Origin: Atractiella rhizophila
Lineage: Eukaryota
Length of the DNA: 64,000 bases
Direction of reading: 5' to 3'
NCBI GenBank assembly: GCA_021432655.1
Contig: MU271440.1
Location: 1-64,000 of the forward strand
The position numbers were made by a program, and so were the translations under genes. Position 1 is the stretch's first letter. Every line of letters begins with the position of its first letter. Shown piece by piece: positions 59,478 to 64,000 of this stretch. The notes below the pieces were generated by a model. The model saw only the letters and a program-made list of their open reading frames with translations, searched no databases and was not told where the DNA came from.

Positions 59478-62400
59478 TTACATCTCTCTCCACCCATCCA
59501 GCTCCCTCCCTCCAGCAACAAGCAATCCTACTACAGTACACTTCCTCAACTTCGTCCTACACATCTTCACCGCAATCGCAAGCGATAACAATGCAAACAA
59601 TATGGCGCTCGCAAGAAACTGAGGGAAGGACACCTCAACCACTGCTCTCTCTCCTACTGGCGACGAAAAGGTGGTAGCATTATTCCACGAAAACCGTGCG
59701 AAGTACTTTAGTTTAGAGGCGAGGAGGGAATTCATTGTCCGCGCTATATCTTCTCCATCTCTCGGAACGGTGATATTAGAGGAGGAGAGAGCGGCTTCGC
59801 CTATGAGCCTGCCGATTGGGAGGAGGGGGGAGAAGTCACCTAGTTGGGAGACGGAGATGCCGGTCGAGGAGTAGTAGAGGAGGTAGGCGAGCTGGCCATA
59901 GTCCAGATTTCCGATCTTCTTTGCCTCGTCCTCTGAGGATGAGTCGAAATTGAAGGAGACTGAACCATTGTAGATCGTCACTGTGGAGTTATACAGAATT
60001 TTCAAGTTCGGCTCGCACACCAACGTGGTGATTTTGTCTGGTATGGTTACGTACTTCTCCACGAAAGAGGGGCTATAAGAGGGCACCATCGTAGTTGCGA
60101 TCCACTTCTGCCATTCTGGAGAGAGATCTGCATTCGGGACGGAATCGAGAACGACCGAGGATGTGGTGTTGAAAGGCGAGTTTGAGGAGGCACCGAAAAG
60201 CGTGAACGCAGAGAGACCGGAGAAGATACCTGACGTGTTTGATATCCACTGGGGACGCTGGAGTGGATGAAACCACGTATAGCCCGCCGGAGGGTTGATG
60301 AGGCCATACACGTCCTTATCCTCGAGCCTGAGCGAAATGTACGAGGTTGAGTTCAGCTCCTCGTCCCATTCTTGAATCGTCGGTTTGGTCCACGCACACT
60401 CCATCCTCCACCTCCCGAGATCCGTGTAGAAACGTACGCTCGCATTCCGCTCGTATATCGTGTCCTGTGGCTGCATGAGGAAGTACCCTTCCTTCCCCTG
60501 GGAAGGCATCTTAAATCCGATGGTCGCCTCCAACACATGCTCAAGATACGCATAATTGTCCGCGGTATGGCTGAACGCCTCGATTACCTCTAACCTCGTC
60601 GAGTTCGTGATGAGCGCAGCTTGGGAAGCCCACGGCTCCTCAGTGAGGTTCTTATACACCGTAATGAAGTTTGCATCGTACGAATTGACATTTGAGGGTT
60701 GGGCAGGCGAGAGGGGGAGTTCACGTAGGTGGAGTTGGATGGCTCCTTGGGAGAGGATGGAGCAGGCGGACATCAGGATGAAAGTGAGGAAGGTGAGGCG
60801 ATAGTAGCCTGAGATAAGCGAGCGCGGTGTGTAGAAGAGAGCGTAGCGGAGCCAGTTGATGATCGATGTTTGGTTTGTTGAGACGTCCTCCAAGGCTTCT
60901 TTTACCTTCTCATCCTCCAGCTGTCCATTTTTCTGAGCTAGATCCGAAAGCCGCGTCCATTCCTGTCACATCACATCATCTTTCTGAGGGAAGAGAGGAC
61001 AGGGGTTTGAAGGGACTAACCTCAGACCGCACCTCTCGAATCGCACTCCTCGTCCCTCCCAACGCTAACGTTCTCCAAAAGCCAACCGCGATAGTAAAGA
61101 GCGTGCCAATCAGGACGAGTCTCTCCTCCTCGATCTTAATAGGAACCACGACGTCATGTTTATAGGCATACACGCCGAACGCCACAAAGGCTCCGCCAAC
61201 GACCGGTGTGATGAACATCACCACATTCCTCAACGCCTTGATCTTCCTCTCCAACCACCCCTTGACCACTGGAGGGCCGATCTGCACACTGAGCGCCGGT
61301 GCCACTCCATCAACAGATGGGAAATCCTTCACACAAACCCGCGCGGTGCGGAACGCAAGAAGTGCCCTCTCCTCCTCGCTCTCCATCTTCCCCTCTCCCC
61401 CCGCGACCTCAGCAGCAACCACCGCAACCCTCCTTCCGTTCAACGTCCTCTCTAGTCCGGAGGGAAAATCCCTCCCACCCCACTGGACGAGACTCAGCAC
61501 TCTCCCAATCCCCAGGAACCTCCCGATCCTCTGCTCCCGCCTCCCACTGGTAAACCACACCACCGCCGCTCCCACCAGCGCAAGGAGGGCGTAGAAACCA
61601 GCGACGAGCCAGAGAAACTCCCTCTGTGCCTTCAACACCAATCCGAGTCTCGACCCCTGACTATCCACATCCATCGTGCCAAACGGTCCGCCATCCAAAT
61701 ACGCAGACAGCGCGCTTTGGACAAATCTCGTATATGTCGGTCCGAGGACGGTCTCGTTGATCGGAGTGTAAATGCCAATTGTCTCCTCCGCTGATCCGCC
61801 GCTCAAGCCCATAGGGATGAGGTAGAAATAGGTTGAAGTGGCGAAATCCAGTAGCGAATCAGACATGGCGATCCGTAGTTGAGTCTCGTCGATGTTCCCG
61901 ACTCGATAGTCGAGCGGCTCAATGTGATAGCTCAGGTATGTGCCCCCCCTCACTGTAATCCTATGGCTTTCTACAATGACTTGAGGGACGCAGAGGAGCA
62001 TCGATACGTCCGTCGCTATCGGGTTCCCGTTCAGGTTTGCGGCATCGGTCTGGAAGGCGGACCAGGTGGAGGGGATCGGGGAGGTGGGGATGGAAGAGGT
62101 GTCCATCCACAGTCCCCTTCTTTGTTGGATCGCGTCTAGTGGGGCAGATTGGACGGTGATCATTAGCACACCGTCGTATGAGGGGACCAAGGTGGTGTTG
62201 TCGGGGGAGAGCTTGTACATCGTATCGAGGAGGTCGAGCGCTTTTCATACCGCATTTCATCAATACCTCATCCTCATTCATAGAAGAAATGGAATCAGAC
62301 ATACTGTCAGGCCAGAACGGTGCGCTGCCAAACCCCATATACCCACCTCCCGCATAAGTCATTCTATTCCTGATCACCTCGGCCGTAGTACTCCCAATCG

Positions 62401-63344
62401 GATTCCCAAGGACAGGAGCCATCCATTCGCAATCATACGCAAAGAAACCGACATCCGTCTCGTAAACCTCTCCATGATCGGATAAAATATTAGGAAGAGG
62501 GACGACGGCGTTTGGGAAGTTACGGTAGATGAAGATCGGCTCGTTGTTGAGTTTGGCAAAAACGTAGACCGTTGCGAGCTCTGAACTAGTTGTCGAGGTC
62601 CGGGAGAAGACTGTAGAGAGGTTGGCGTGAAGGGAGAGTGGCGGTAGGGAAGGTATCGAGATATTGTGCCGTCCAATGGGGTACCAACCTAGGCATCAAT
62701 TAATGTTGGATGGATGGCAGTCGAAAAGTAAGAATGGAAAACAAACCGGGAACTACTTGAAGGATGGAAGGGGCCGTTTCGTTGAGCGCGATGGCTAGGA
62801 GGGCGCTAATGAAGACGCTTTTGAAAGGTCTCGAGGATCCGGTGAAGAATGAAAACAAATCAACGGCATGTCTGAGTGTTCCACCCAAATTTGACGAGAC
62901 GTGATTGAGGTGTGCAAACGGCGTTCCCACCTCCGTCGCACTCATCAGACGTCGATGCCATTCCTCAGAGCGTATTCGGTCAATGAGGTTCCCCACAAAG
63001 AGAAGGGACATAAAGATCCAGATATTGGCGATTGCCGTGGTCGCTCCTCGTAGTTCGGTGGCGTGTGCGGTGGAATGGGAGATGACGGGTGGGGACGAGG
63101 CGTCAGAGACGTAGACGCAAAAAATGACATAAGCGATGCCAAGGAGGGAAGGGAGGAAGGCTTCCACCAAGGTCATGACGGGATATGTTTCCGAGACCTT
63201 TGGATCACCCTCTTCGTATGTTACATACTCGTCTTGCCCACTCTCCTCTTTCCCACTTTCCTCCTTGTCACCTGCAGTGATTCCTGGCGTAGAAGGGCTC
63301 AGCCAGGGCTCAGAGCGAGATTGCAGGAGTGGAACGGCGTTCAT
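59478..63344 (-). CDS. Large multi-pass membrane protein, paralog of 32141-35973
   Basis: Shares AFLPS.LG, RSEEW.RRL, PFAHLNHVSSNLGG, TDVSMLLC.PQV, RVGNIDETQL, GYYRL.F, YAYLEH, VRFYTDLG and WFHPLQRPQ with the other copy; equivalent intron positions. Confidence 0.82.
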
Positions 63345-64000
63345 CTTCAGTTAACCCTTCTCCTTGCAAAAAGTGCAAAGAAGTCGAGAAGTGCACTCGG
63401 ATGGGGATGGCATGGTTTTGAAGAAAGAAGTGTTTCCATGATTCAGTGTTTCCATGATTCAGGAATGCAGGAATGGATTGCGTGAGTGGCGTTGTGCGTT
63501 TGTCCCATTTCTTGGTTGAGTCACCGTGACAGACTTTGGGACGCTAGCAGTTATGAAAGAACGTTCAGGTTAACACTTTCCCGTGTCCCCAATTGTTTAT
63601 CCGGGATACAAAGCTGCAAAGCTCTCCTATTTTTGAGAGCAGGTGGGAGAGTGGGTGAGAAAGTGGTTAGCAAGTGGCAGGTTGAACGCGAGAGAAGAGT
63701 ACCCGTCCCGTCAGCAAAGGGTTAGGAGAGCAGAAGGGGTCAACCGGTGGACAGGGTTAAGGTGACTCTTAACCCCGGATGCTGGCGTCCCGTTGAACCT
63801 GTTGAACCTGTCGATGTCTTTCATCGAGAGGCTCCCCAGCAGCTAACCACATCACGCCATCAATGCAGTGGGTCAAGGAAGTCCTGATTGCTGTGGGTTG
63901 GAGAAGGCTCCAGCTTCTCATAAGGATAGCGAAGATGCGTTGAAGAGAACCCAACAGCAGCCTGAAAGATGAAGCTCCTTCGTTGGTCCTACCTCAGTCT

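Overview
Intron-rich eukaryotic DNA from a basidiomycete fungus. This is inferred from the short ~50-60 nt GT-AG introns with GTGCGT/GTTCGT/GTGAGT donors and from families such as DUF6534; a Pucciniomycotina-like lineage is possible but cannot be proven here. About 25 gene loci were reconstructed by hand across introns. Housekeeping-type genes: two MFS sugar porters, a GNAT, a stand-alone SurE phosphatase, a zf-4CXXC_R1-like protein, DPM2, MCR1, a divergent alpha-tubulin, an OYE/YqjM-type flavin oxidoreductase, DUF3237, a Ypk1/Gad8 AGC kinase, NNR1, a PRELI/Ups protein, a METTL7-like methyltransferase and an SRPK/Sky1 kinase. Lineage-specific genes: three F-box loci (one a pseudogene), DUF6534, and two paralogous ~1,200-aa membrane proteins each built from two copies of one module. 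Most interesting: (1) a tandem pair of tiny three-exon genes for 58-60 aa secreted peptides with a shared six-cysteine pattern, not recoverable from the ORF track; (2) a 1,144-nt structured intron inside the SurE motif region; (3) a ~240-nt intergenic element with a closing stem and several internal hairpins; (4) a ~950-bp tandem duplication with a microhomology junction. No rRNA, tRNA, CRISPR array or intact transposon was recognised. Exon boundaries are manual and unverified.
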